Source of the DNA: Lama guanicoe
Taxonomy: Eukaryota
NCBI GenBank assembly: GCA_013239625.1
Contig: MU053444.1
Coordinates: 141,822-205,821, forward strand
Reading direction: 5' to 3'
Length of the DNA stretch: 64,000 nt
Positions 27,512 through 40,124 of the stretch are shown one piece after another (the first letter of the stretch is position 1; each line of letters opens with the position of its first letter). Below the pieces are notes generated by a model. It did not search any database, had not been told where the DNA came from, and was given only the letters and a program-made list of their open reading frames with translations. A program made the translations under genes and the position numbers.

Positions 27512-27546
<35 letters not shown>
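27508..27546. repeat. (CA)n microsatellite
   Basis: About 19 units with one interruption. Confidence 0.95.
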
Positions 27547-27548
<2 letters not shown>

Positions 27549-28936
27549 ATCAGGCTACCTCCCACTTACTGAGGGAGAAGAACCACTTATTCTGAGTTTT
27601 CATTCGCTGACCGTGAGAGCACAGTGTCTTACGCAGAATTTCACCTGGCTTCGTGCATGGTGTTTTTAGTTGGATTTCTGCTTTATGGCCATAGAATTTT
27701 TCTCCTAATAGAAGAGAGAAAGTGGAGACATAGACATTCTGCTGAGATATTGGTGTCATCACATTTGAGTTGGGAAGGACTTAAGACAGCATAGAGTCGT
27801 AACTGGTTTTGGGTGAGAATCCATGATAGTGTAACTTGGACAAGAACCTGGAACTTCTGCCATGGTGTCCACGCGGGTGAAGAGGCAACTTGGTGGGTGA
27901 TGGCAGGGACCCTTCTTGCTTGATTTCCAGGGTCTTGCTAGTTTTCGTTGCTTACCTGCCTTTAGTTAAGTTCCAAGTGGCCTCTCATGGGAAGGTCACT
28001 CTGTCCTGATAAATAGAGTTTCTAATCAGCAAAATGCTCTGGACTCACTCATATTTCTCAGAGTTTTTTCTGCTGACCTGCTGACACTTTATATAAATGA
28101 GACCTAAGTAACTACTGGATATAAAATTCTTTGTGTTATCATTAGCCATCAATTTCCATAGGAATGGGGTGCTGTCTCAGGCTTTCTAAGGCTAGATCTG
28201 AATAAACATAGGGTGATAGGCTGTGCTGCTGGACCCTCCACAATCAAATGTGATTGCCACCTTAGTTTTTAAAATCAGGCAGATGAGCTCAAAACTGGCC
28301 TTTATCAGTTATTAGCTTAGTACACCTTGGGGAAGAAACTACGTTTTTGTGTACAATTTTCTTTGTCAGTAAATAACTTCAGTATTTATTTTAAGGTTTT
28401 TGTTTTACAATTGAATGAGCTAATTCCCTCATTTATACCTAAAATACTGATAACGTCATTCTATGATGGTGCCTTGGTTGTTGATTACTAAGGCACTTGA
28501 TGGGGAGAAAGGTGGTGGGGGACCCCTGGATTCTAGAGCTTATATTCTAGGATATGCTTGTAGACGACTGGATGTGCAGGGGATTTTTAGTAAATATCCA
28601 TTCCTTTCCTAATCCGCATTGTGTATATATCTTTATAATAATATATGAACAATTTTTAATGCAATTCAAATCTTTCTGTAGTTTTTAAAATATGTAGCTG
28701 TAACAAAAATACATGAAATAAAATGATTTCAATTTTATTTTCTTTTCAATAAGCAAAACAAAATAAAAAAGAAAAAAAAAAGGTTTGAAGGAGTATAAAT
28801 AACTTTATTTCTGAAGAATCAATTCCCTAAGATAGGTTTTTTGGTTATATTGTTAAACAGCATATAAAATTGATAGGTTGTGACATATTGGAAATGAGGA
28901 AACAGTGGAGACATACTACCACCAATGCAGTCATTT

Positions 28937-29474
28937 TGTTACCAAGTCCAAACTCATTCTGCTTACTGCATGACAGGTCAATAAATCAGGAGATGAGGTG
29001 TTGGAGCAAAGAAAAGTGACTTTATTTGAAAAGCTGTCAGATCAGAAGATGGCATACTGATATCCTGGAGAACCCTCTTCCCCAAGTCAGAATTCAGTCT
29101 CTTTTTATACTAAAAAGGGGCGGGGATGTGGTTGGTTGTTGCAAACTTCTTGCTGTACGAATTGTTAGTCCTTGGAATCCTTCGTTCTTGCAGCTGTCCA
29201 TGTGGGTCAAATCATGGTGCCCCCGTAAAACCTCCAAAAAAAAACGGAGTTTATTCTCAGCTTTACAACTTCCCATCTCTATATAAGTGCAGAAGAGATA
29301 ACATCCTTCAAGATCAGAACCCAGAGAATAGTATCTCCTGGATATTTCAGGCTAAAGGCAACTTTCTTTTACAAAAGTTCCAGAGCTAGCAAGCCTGAGC
29401 CTAGAAAACAGGGCACAGATTTAAAGCCAAAGAACACATCTAATATGGAATCAAATTTGTTCTTTTCTATTACA
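28937..29474 (-). mobile_element. Solo LTR, ERV1 class
   Basis: tgttacc...ctattaca with 4-bp TSD ATTT (28933-28936 and 29475-29478). Minus-strand polyA (plus tttatt near 29021) and TATA (plus tttttata near 29102) motifs. Confidence 0.85.
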
Positions 29475-30629
29475 ATTTCTTTTTCCACCTCATAAATAAT
29501 TTTATTAAGAAACATGGGCAATTTTTTATTTTTGCTTCTTACTAACGGATAAGTGGTCCAAATACATTTTTGTGATCAGGGATGCTGTGTGGGCCCTGGG
29601 GTCACAGCAAACTCTTGTTGGATGTGGTCGACCCTGCAACATGCCTGATGCCCCATGAGTGTTGGTGAGGGTCCCCCTAATCAGGGGCTGTCTTCAGGAA
29701 CCAGCATATGGGCATTAACCTCTGGAGACCTGATTTTCAGCTGCAGAAAATTTTTTCAGATACTGTGAGTGAAAAATCACTCCAGCTGGGGATAATTAGG
29801 GACTAAAGGAAGAGGAAAAGGGCTTGGAGTAGAGTACAAGAGAAGGACAGAAGATCAGGGAGCCTGGGGGTTGGCAGCGGGGCCCCAGAGAGAGAGAAGC
29901 ATGGATGGGGAGGGGCCCGGATCCAGAACCAGCTCCTGCACCTGTCCCTGCGCCCCAGACACACAGCCTTTAATTACTCAGGACTCTCTGCTGTCTGGAC
30001 GTCACCCTGGGCAGAACCTTGAGAATCGAAATTAAGGGGTGGGCAGCACTCACTTAGGGGGTCACAGAAGACATTGTTCAAGTCCACAGTGCCTTTTCTG
30101 GTCATGTGTCTTCACTTGTCCTTTATCTTTGGAGCTGAGGAACAGGAGCAAGGAACTCAGGAAGAGATCCAGGAAGACATCTGAGTGTGTTAGGAAGGAC
30201 ATTCACAGCGACACGGGGACCGAGGACACTTGCAGCAAATTAAAATGAATTCACAACTATTGCATCAGACCTGCAGGTGTGAGAGAGCCTAAGCCTGTCT
30301 CAGAGTGCAGGGGACAAGCGGAAAGGAATGGTAAAATTTCCACTGACAATTGAAATTTTGTTAAATAGCCTGCTACTCTTAATTGTATCACTTGAATGTA
30401 TTCAGGTGTATTTCTGAGAATTTATAGGTTCACTCAACCCCACCAGCTCCTCTTGCCCCCATCGGGGATGGGCTTTCTCAAGCACAGTGCCCCTCCTGCT
30501 TGGGTGGGCCACTGTGGTTCCTCCCCTGGGGCCGGGCTGCTGCAGGTCACTGAGTCCCCAAGGCACGGCCTGTGAGACACGACAGGAACATCTCTGCTCA
30601 TGACTGAGAGCCTCCGTTTCCCCCTGCAG

Positions 30630-30749
30630 TGTAAGAATGCCGGTGACTCAGAAGCAAGCTTCGAAGCTGTCCGTGTCCTTGCCATCCAGAAGCGGAGCCT
30701 GGAAGCTTCCAAATTTCTCCAGAATGCGATCTATATTCACCTTCAGCAG
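30630..30749 (+). pseudogene. TRAPPC9: TRAPPC9 exon 7 remnant (frame open, both splice sites intact)
   Basis: tttccccctgcag|...CAG|gtgagt. Reads [40 protein letters not shown] versus human [42 protein letters not shown], with an in-frame 2-codon deletion. Confidence 0.95.
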
Positions 30750-33700
30750 GTGAGTGTGTGCCCACTTACAAGTGCAGGAATTACTGAAGTTTTTCTGAAA
30801 CTTACTCACCACTATTCCATCTGATTTATCTGTGCTAGGATTCAGTATGGCCTGCTAAAAATTCTGGAGTCAGATCTTGAAACGCTAATGAAGATGATTA
30901 TTTATCTTATTTCTTTATATGATAGTATTTTACTTTCAAAATTCAGAGTTTTTGGTTCTTTGAGGAATTCTTGGGGGTTTGGAGAATCAACTTTGCTCTT
31001 ATAATCTTTGTGATCTGTTGCTATATGCCTCTCACCTGTCTTCTTGTCATTTGTGAGGCAGTTCCATTCGTGACCCTGTGCGGGTTGTTCATGTTATAAA
31101 ACATAAAGTCTGTAGAAGTACAGTCCCTTTTACGAAGACATTCCACAAGTACTACTTAAATCTTGGTGTGATTTTTAGAAGACAGTATGATTAGAACATG
31201 TACTTGCAGGTTGCTAGTGTAAAATCCCCAAATCAATAGTCTAGCTCAACATCTAAAATCTTTCTAATATACCTTGGATTTGTATGGACAATTGAAGCAG
31301 TTTGCTGAGAACACAAGACCAGGTTTAGAATACAGGCTGATGTAGCTCAGCAGGTCGCCCCAAGCAGAAGCTCTGCCAGAGGGCAGGGCCGAGTGGAGAG
31401 GGCTGGTCCTGCCCTCCCTGAGCTGACAGTTTCATGACAAAGACTTTCATCAGGTGAAAAACTGAGAGTTTCTTCTAAGAACAGTGAGAATGAAGAGAGT
31501 CCTATAAGCGCGGGACTGACACAATCCCATTTGTCTCAAGTAGGGGAGAGCGGCTGTGGGGCCACTTGGGAGACTCATGAGTCCAAGTGGGCGGTGTTAG
31601 TGGCTTCCACTTGAGCTGTGGGACAGTCAGTGGGTAAAAGTGAACAGATTGAAGGCATGTTTAGATGGTAAAAGGAAAGGATGAATGCTGTCTGTGAAGG
31701 TAGAATGGAGTAAGGCCCAGGTTTCTGAGTGCATTAATCAGGTAAATGATGGTCCTGCTGTGCTCTAAGGAGGGAAACTTGCAGAGGGAGTTCGGGGGGA
31801 AAACTGATGAGTTCAGCTGTGGGTAAAGTGAAAGGTTGTCCGATGTGTGGTCTGGGAGCTCAGGTGAGAGCCAGTAGTGAGTAGGGAGAGGGGAGAGAGA
31901 CTTTCAAATCATTTTGTCTTATGAACATACAAATAAGAATGAGTAATGACACACTTAACACCTCTATATTCTGGATTTAAAACCCAGTAACATTTTGTTA
32001 TATTGAGTGCAGAGGTTCCTAATTTTTTTAATAGAAATAAAAAAATAGAAACAAAATAGTGGAGTTAATCAACATCTTAGAGTTAATGTGTGTCCTTGTA
32101 TGTATTTTGATACCTCATCTGTTTATAAGCATAATCTACAAAAACTTGTTTAGCATAAGCGTTAAAAAGAGGGATGAGGCACACACTGTTGGGGGTTGAG
32201 GCTGATCTTCTTGGACTAATTTTGTAGCTTCTCTGTGCCTTAGTTGCATCTTCTGTGACTGACCCCTGGCCCCTCATCACAGCTGATTTCCTAGACTAGA
32301 TGTTGGGAGGGAGGCTGCTGAAGGCATTAAGAAATGGCAACTGAAGACCTCGACAAAAACAGATTAAAGCCAATAAACTGAGTACAAATACCCTTAAAAG
32401 AGAAAGAATCCCACAGTGTTTTGAGCCACTTAGCATAAGGGAAATAAAATCACGTGGACCCAATTCTCTTGAGCATGTGATTATTGTGGGTGGGTGGGTG
32501 TCATCAGAAAAGGGTTGAGATGAGGCCTTTTGGTTTCCCTTGATGTTTCCAGTAAGGATGGGGAGCAGGAGCGAAAACCCCCTGCTTCACAGTGGAAGCT
32601 GCTGTTTTGTGCGAAACTGACCAAAGGTTGGAAACCACTCATCAGCGGTGCTGGCAAATGAAGAGACTTCTGGATTGGGTGGGGCACTTGCTGTGACTTC
32701 CAGGTGAGCTCCTGGCTGGGGGCTGTGAGGCGGGCAGTAGGTTTGCAGGGTATAATCCCTGGCTCTGAGGCTGCTGGTCTGATTAGCAGACCTGGGCAAA
32801 TGCAGTCCTAATGGGGCAGCTCGTGATGTGGCCTGGGGCACCTGCCGTGCTGAGGGCAAGAGGAGGGCTCCCCTGAGGGGGTGTCCCTGCGGTGAGAGGA
32901 AACGTCCTCCTGCAGGGGATGAAGAGCCTGTGAGCAGGGGGCCGGAAGCACAGGCAAGACCAGCCTGAGCACGGAGGGTTTGGGGAGCCGGAAGTCATAC
33001 AGTTGCCCGAGCAGCCTTGTTCCTGAGAGAGTGGAGGGAAAATATGCTGAAAATGCAGGCTGGGGTCCGACCCAGTGGTGGGTTATGAGTGACAGGAAAG
33101 GACTGGTCAGGCAGGCATGAGAGAACCCTGTGGCCATCCCAGATGGGGCGTCACTCTGGAGGGAGGAGCAAAGTTATAGACTTTGCCACTTTGAGCAATA
33201 TCACTCCACCTCTCTCTAAATATATCTTGATATAAAAAGTGACAGAGTGACAAACTCATGTCAACAGAAGGTTTAGTTTGGCTCTGATCCTCTTTGTCCA
33301 GTCCTGTCAATGCTGCCCTGCAAGGTTCTGCAGCAGCTGCTCTTACCCTGAGATGGGAGAGAGTAGAGGGACATTGAAGCGCCTGAGGGCAGGAAGGGGT
33401 TGCTTTAAAAGCAGACATGTAGCCGCCTGTATTTGCAGACATTCAGGCAGTTTTGTGACGGTAGTGGAGAGGACTTTGCAGGCCTTAGAATCGTCTGAAG
33501 ACTTGTTTTTCCTTGGGGACCGGATTTGCCTTTGCAGATTCATGTTGAAGATTTGGGCTTCTGACAAAGCTGTTTTCAGAGATGGGTATATACATAACAT
33601 ATGGTATAAAATAAAATGCTTTTATTTAATGTGTGGGATGTTGGAGCTCTCGGGAACAGCTAAGTTGGAGTGGTCTCCACGGAGGACAGTTGGGGTCAGC

Positions 33701-33945
33701 AGAGCGTGCAGGAGGGCAGGCTGACCGCCTTGCTTCTGCAGGGGGTTCTTCACAGCAAGGCACTCTGTTGAGTTGACTCTTGTCTAAGTTTCGTCTGAGC
33801 AGACAGCAAAGTAATGAGCTCTGGTGGGATTGTATAATGACAGGAAGAAAGAGGAACCTGTGGTTTTCGGGACTAGAACACGCTTTTGGTTCCTGATCCA
33901 GTGTGTTCCATTACGGAATTGATGACTTGTGTCTATTCTGGGACT

Positions 33946-34100
33946 TGATTGAAATAAACGTTCAGCCTAAAAGTTAAGAGTTGTGTTTATTTGGAGGGAG
34001 GACTCGAGCCGGTATGACAGCCTCTCAGATCACTCTGAGGGACTGCTCCCAAGAGGTAGGCAAGAAGCTGGGATATATAGGAGCTTTACAACAAATACCC
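33946..34100 (-). mobile_element. Truncated 3' LTR of the provirus (U5/R side only)
   Basis: About 155 bp align to 39632-39790 with roughly 21 mismatches by hand count, then the sequence joins directly to an env-like remnant. Confidence 0.85.
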
Positions 34101-34339
34101 ACCAAGGTAACACAGAAGGACTAGACATAGGTAATTTACCATGAACTTAACAATTGGAGTAGTTCATAATCAAAGGTAGGAGAAATTATCAAAGTAATTG
34201 GCATACAGGCCTGGTTCGGTGTCTTCGGTGAGCTATCTTACCTCAGATGTCGTCTTCCTCTCATCCTGGCCTGGGTAGCTTTTTCTTCATTTGGGCATTG
34301 TTTTAAGGTGAGCAGTGCTCTATAGGGAAGTGTACTGCA

Positions 34340-34504
34340 GGGGCTGTTTCTGATAGGAAATTAATCCAAATGTCCGTTTCCTTCAGCTTTGGTGTGTACG
34401 GTCTAGTTAAGAGTACCTGATAAATGGTCCTTCCATTGAGGTTGCAGACAGTTCTTTAAGTCATGCCTGTTCCAGTATGTATAATCCCCTGGCTGCAGGT
34501 CATG
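34340..34504 (-). pseudogene. Integrase C-terminal (GPY/F-type) remnant
   Basis: Minus strand reads HDLQPGDYTYWNRHDLKNCLQPQWK, then after a frameshift YQVLLTRPYTPKLKETDIWI. This matches the gammaretroviral H.LQPGD.V....LQPRWKGPYQVLLT motif. Confidence 0.75.
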
Positions 34505-37500
34505 GGGCATTGGAACTTTACCCAAGGATAGATTACTGAGCTTCAGAAACAAACCTAGAGTATCCTTTTCATAATTCAATTAACCTTTACAGCCATGTGA
34601 CATAACATCAAGGAATGATCTGGGAAGTGTCTTAGTAAATATAGACCTCCATTAACAAAACTAGAATTAAATATCCACTAAAATATCATCTTTTTTCTCT
34701 CTAAAGTTACCCTCATTTTTCTCAAATATAGCCAAACAAGTTAATTTCTTTGCAAGGTAAGTCTTATTATTTGATCATATAGGCTTTTTTAAATTGGCTG
34801 TGTTGGAACTTTTAATAAGGAGTCTCAAGGTAGAATGTTAAAAAGATTTTCTAAGGCCAGGAAAGCCAAATCAAGGGCTTGTCATGGGTTTCTGCCTTAT
34901 AGATTAAGGTAAATTCTTTGCTCTTTAAAATCCTTAAAATACCTTGAGATTCCTATATCTGTAAGGAGATGATCTTCCTCATTTGTCTGATAGAGACACT
35001 GGGGACCTAAGAGATTTTAGTCTCTCGAGGGATCAGTTAGAGAGAAAAGATAACAGTTCCATATCGGCTTACATAGGTATAATTTATCAAATTGCTATGA
35101 ATCATAACTAGCTTAAGGAGAATGGTTTCTTTATGTCTGGGAAACAGGTTAAAAGCCAGTAGTATTTCAGCCAAAATCAAAAATTATAACTATATTCGCC
35201 AGTTTACTCAGTCCCATATAACTAATTCTTTTAAACAGTTTTCATTAGACCTTTAAAATTTCTTACCCTGTTTAGTTCAGTGCTATAGTTTGAAATTTAT
35301 TAGAAACCAGTAAATCGCCTTGAAGAGAAAACATTTTGCAAAATCACCAGAAGAAAACAATTAACTGTCTATAAAAGACAAAAGATTAAAAAGCATGGTT
35401 AAACACCGTTACACTATAATCGATAAAGAAACCTGGTCACTATAACCAGAAATATGACTGGTAACATTTTAGATATGCCAGAATTTTAGGGAGTCCATAT
35501 GATTTCTAGAACATCTATATTAATAATATTTTCTCATACAATATAACCTTAGAAGATTTACTATTCATCTGACAATACCAAGTATTTAACATGCCAAATG
35601 AAATTTACTGGTTTAAAATCTCTCTTTGGGATGTTTCAGGGGCCCTCTGTAGCATCCCAAACTTAACTGGAGATTAAAAGAACTTTAAGTAGAAATTGAT
35701 ATTTGGGGAGCTTGTTAAAATATTTCAAAACACTTGGTCACATAAACATATAGATCACTGTAAAGTAGTACTTATTCATTAAGAAAATGCATCAAAGGTA
35801 AAGGCAGAACAGATCAGGTAAGTGGTATAAGAAGATTTACAATTTGTTACTGAAGGTGGATTAACATTTCAAGAAAATTTTTCCTCTTAACAGAGAGAAA
35901 ACCAAATCTAGTCTTGTACCAGCTTACGTCTAGTCTAATTTACTTTGCCCAAGTTGATTCTAAACTTAGCCAATTCCGACCACGTACAAAACTTTCTTCA
36001 GGGTTCCTCTTCCACAAGCCTTCCACAGCTTTCTATACTCATACTAGTTTGTGCCTTATTTTCTCTTCCATTCAGAAGTAACCACCTTCAGGAGAAAGTC
36101 ACTATTTTTCATTAACAAAATATAATTCCATTCTTATATCTTCCTTTACACATTTATCTTACTTTCCTAGGATACTGAGATCATTCCCTTAATAATAGAG
36201 ACTATTTCAGGGTGGCAACAACCATTTATTAATATTTCTGAACACCTTTATTTTCTCTGTAAGAGTAATTTAAATGTTAAGTAATTCATATTTCAATCTT
36301 ATTTTATCTGAAAATGGCATAGCTACTTAATAAAATCCTATCATTTAACTTAATGTAGCACAACACTAGAATCTAAAGATATCATTTAGAGATTATATTA
36401 AGCATATATTTTAAAAATATAGTTTAAAAATTTACCCAAAGCTCTCATCTCATTTGCATTTAATTTACTTAAAATTTTACCACACCACGTTACTATTATT
36501 TTTTTGACAAATCTGCACCAGATATAACAGGATCTTATTTGACTTCCATTAAACCTAGGTACAGTAAAAGTATCATACTGAATGTTCATTTCTTTAAAGA
36601 TGTCTATATTAATTAGAACATACTTAAACTAAACAATATCAAATATTAACTTAATATTGAATACTTTCCAGTTCACGTGAAGCTGAAGGTCAAATTGGTC
36701 AGCTTTTATTTTAAAAATACTTAATTTGTAAGCTCTTATTTTTTACGCCAATTAAGCAGAGCTCTTTGACTTTGACTTTTTCTTTTCAGCTGTAGAAATA
36801 TCCCACATCTACAATGTGTACGCAGGCTTATAAACAGACAAAAGCTAGAGATTTTATAGCTTCACTTTAAAACTTACTTATGAGATAAGTATAATAATAG
36901 TTGGAGTAAACTGAATTTGCTTGCTCAAATCACTAATGCTTACTATTTATGAAACAGACATTTAAGATTTCTTGACAAAGTCTTAAGGACCCGTCAGAGT
37001 TCTGAGTTCTAAATCTAAAATGCACAAATTTCTTTGGCCTTAAGTTTTATCTCATTGAGCTAATTAGGCTCAGTCCTAGGTCACTGTTTGCTGTACTTAC
37101 ATTTCTGATCTGCAAGACAAAGACACACGCTTCCAGTTCCCCAGTGAACTGCTCTGTCACCCAGGCCCAATTGTATCTCCTTAATTTGCTTTTTTGTATC
37201 AGTGAGAAGAGCTGTAAACAAAGAATTCCATGTTTAAAACTTTAAGATTTACTTTAAAAGCTCTACCTTTGAAAGCTTGCATAAGGCATTTAGTAAGGTC
37301 TCTTTTCCTTGAGTTGTAAGTTAAACCCAGGTTAAACCTCTTATTATATTTTTTATTAGCTACTGAATATTAGTGTTTAGATTTACGTTATATTGGACGG
37401 CTCATGTAACTGTATTGGTTTCCTTTACTGTGTTCACTTAATATATTCTGAGGGACAGATACGTGCCCAGCCTTATTATACCAAGAAGGGGAAGCGTTTT

Positions 37501-39609
37501 TCCATTGAAGCATAACTAACCCACAACATAATTAAGCAAAAGGTTTATATGAAGCCCATTTAATATACCAATTTTACAAACTTTTATCTCAATTTTATTA
37601 AATTTTATACCTTTAATTTTTATATTTATTAGGTTTAATCAGTAATTCTTATTTCTAGAAGGAGTGCTAAGCCTTTAATTTTTTTTATCGTGCATTGTAT
37701 CTAATTTTATAGAAAAGTATCTGGGATACCAAAGTTTGAGCCAAAGAGCTTAGGCCCTTCTCAATTTTTAATTTCATTAATTGGTCTGTTGTTCCAATCA
37801 TTGATCAAGTATTTCAGTCTATATATATATATATTTTAGCCCTATAAATACATATATTTTAAACTGTGGTAAATAAAATGGACTTGTTTGACCTTTAATG
37901 TTGGGAGTAATAGGTGATATCTTTGGCTCTTTTTTTTTACTTTACGTAATGTAGTATCAAAACCTTGTATCTAAATCCAAAAATGTCCATTTTATTTATC
38001 TCATTCAAAATAAACATATAAAAATATTTATCCATTTGTGATAAGCCCCTTATCTTTTTTTTTCCTACATTTTTACAATCCTTTTTCCAGGTATACAATC
38101 TAATTAACATTAATTATTCTAAGTTTTTATCAGCATGTCTAAAACCATTAATCGGAAAGGAAAAACACAAATGTTGCTTTTGAAACCAGTTTATTTTTTT
38201 TAACTAACTTCTTAGGTTAAATATTAGATATAATTTTCTACCTTTAAACTTGATTTTAATAGGTACCAATAAAACAGCTGTTTATAATGAGAGCTCTTTC
38301 AACTTTCACCAATTTAGAAGTTTTTCCAAATTAAAGGATCCAACATATGGCCATCAATTTATATATATAATTAGAATAAATATATATAAATAGAATAAAA
38401 TAAAATATATATATTTTAAACCAATAAGATGAAGAGGCTTTTCCACATGAGGGTGGACCTGTTGCCTAAATAAAATTCAAAATTTACTCTCCAATAGCTA
38501 AAGGCCTTTGTGGTCCAGGCTGATGAAACAAAGGTTAAGATGGCAAAATATCTGAAAATTGGTACAATCAAAGGATTGTTGAGAATCCCAATTTATTTGC
38601 GTGGCCACCATATGTACACAATACTTCTACTTTTTGTATGGCAGATTCCAAAGTTTCCTTTAAAAAAAAAGGAAATACATATATACATACGTACACAAAC
38701 ATAATATACCCAGATAAAGATAAAACTTTTACATTTCAAGGACATAGGAAGAGAAATCTAAGTTCCCCCTAAAGGGGATTTTGTTTTATAAGTTCCGAAT
38801 TCCTAAAAATATATTTAACAGGCCTGGTTAGTTACTTTCAGACTTAGTTTTTTTTTTTTTTAATTTCCAATTAATGTTGTAAGTTCTGTATGTATATAAA
38901 CCTGGCTGTGGTATTAGTTGGAGGCTGGCAATCTGTCATTTCTTTTCCTTTTCTTTTTTTTTCTTTTATTGAAAATTCTGTTCCCCATTCTAAGGTCGGG
39001 TTCTCAAAATAAAATTGCTAGTAAGTTTTCCCACTGGGACAACTCTTTGGCATGAAGTATTTGCCTCTACCAATCCTGCAAGTTTCTCTGTCACTAGAGA
39101 AAGCTGTTATCAGCCAGGAGGATGGTCCCATTTTTGGAGTTGAAAGTATCCTCATAAGAGTTTTACTTTTATCTCGAAAAATTCAGTAGAGCTAACCAAA
39201 TTGAGGAAAACATTAGATCAGCCTCTTACCTAACGACTCAGTCCTTAACCCAGTGTCTTTCAACTTGGACCATCTCGGGACGTCTCCACTGGGTGATTAT
39301 TTTCCTGGTATGTTTCCAGCAGCCCCAACTTGGACGTCTCCTCAAGGTAGGTGTTTCCTATTATCTTTCAACCAGGCCCCACTCGGCATGTCTCTACTGG
39401 GTGGTTAATTCCCCCCAGTATCTTTCAACTGGAGGGCCAGTTACCTGGATACACCGCCAAATAAAACTCATTATCATCAACCAGTATGTGAGATCCTAGA
39501 ACCAGGAAAGACTCAACCAAATTCATCTGGACTCCCAAAGGAGGCAGATGGGCACAAAGTGCCACTGCTGGTTCCTCAGAGAATTCAGGTGGAGAGAATT
39601 CTGCTCTGG

Positions 39610-39627
39610 GTCCCTTCATGGTTTCCA
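39610..39627 (-). other. Retroviral primer-binding site, tRNA-Arg-like
   Basis: Minus strand TGGAAACCATGAAGGGAC lies 4 nt inside the 5' LTR. It is close to the complement of the tRNA-Arg(TCG) 3' end as recalled (TGGCGACCACGAAGGGAC). Confidence 0.7.
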
Positions 39628-39631
39628 AAAC

Positions 39632-40124
39632 TGTTGACTGAAATACATGTGCAGCCTAAAAGTTAAGAGTTATGTTTTATTTGGCAGGAGGACTTGAGCT
39701 GGAATGACAGCCTCTCAGATCGCTCTGAGGGACTGCTCCGAAGAGTTTGGGGAGGAGCTAGGATATATAGAAGCTTCACAACAAAGACCAGGAAGTTGGA
39801 ACAATAAAAGTTTGCTTGTTTCTAAAGAAAACCAGTCATGTCAAGTTCAAGAATTTAGTGTTTTTCTATATATGGGAGGAAGGAAACATTTGGACTCATT
39901 GAATTCATTCTTTAGACAAGAACCTAGCTATCTAGGGCCAGTATCCTGTCCTTTGTTATTCTGAGTCTGCTCAGAGGGCAACATTGTGAGTGGCTGCAGA
40001 GGCTGGGCTGCAGGCCTGTCCTTGCTGGGGTGCGTTGGCAGCTGCTGATGACTTGGGTTCAGCATTCTTTGTCTACTGACATGGTTGCATTATTTTCATT
40101 CACATTTTAATATTTTCATTCACA
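39632..40124 (-). mobile_element. 5' LTR of the provirus (complete)
   Basis: tgttgactgaaata...ttcattcaca, with minus-strand AATAAA (plus tttatt near 39677) and TATA-like (plus gatatatag near 39765) motifs. Confidence 0.88.

Larger units (their letters stand above)
33946..40124 (-). mobile_element. Non-autonomous ERV1-class (MER4-like) provirus with an internal deletion
   Basis: LTR-homologous direct repeats at 33946-34100 and 39632-39790, TG...CA termini, 4-bp TSD GACT (33942-33945 and 40125-40128), a PBS next to the right LTR, and an AT-rich non-coding interior. Confidence 0.9.
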
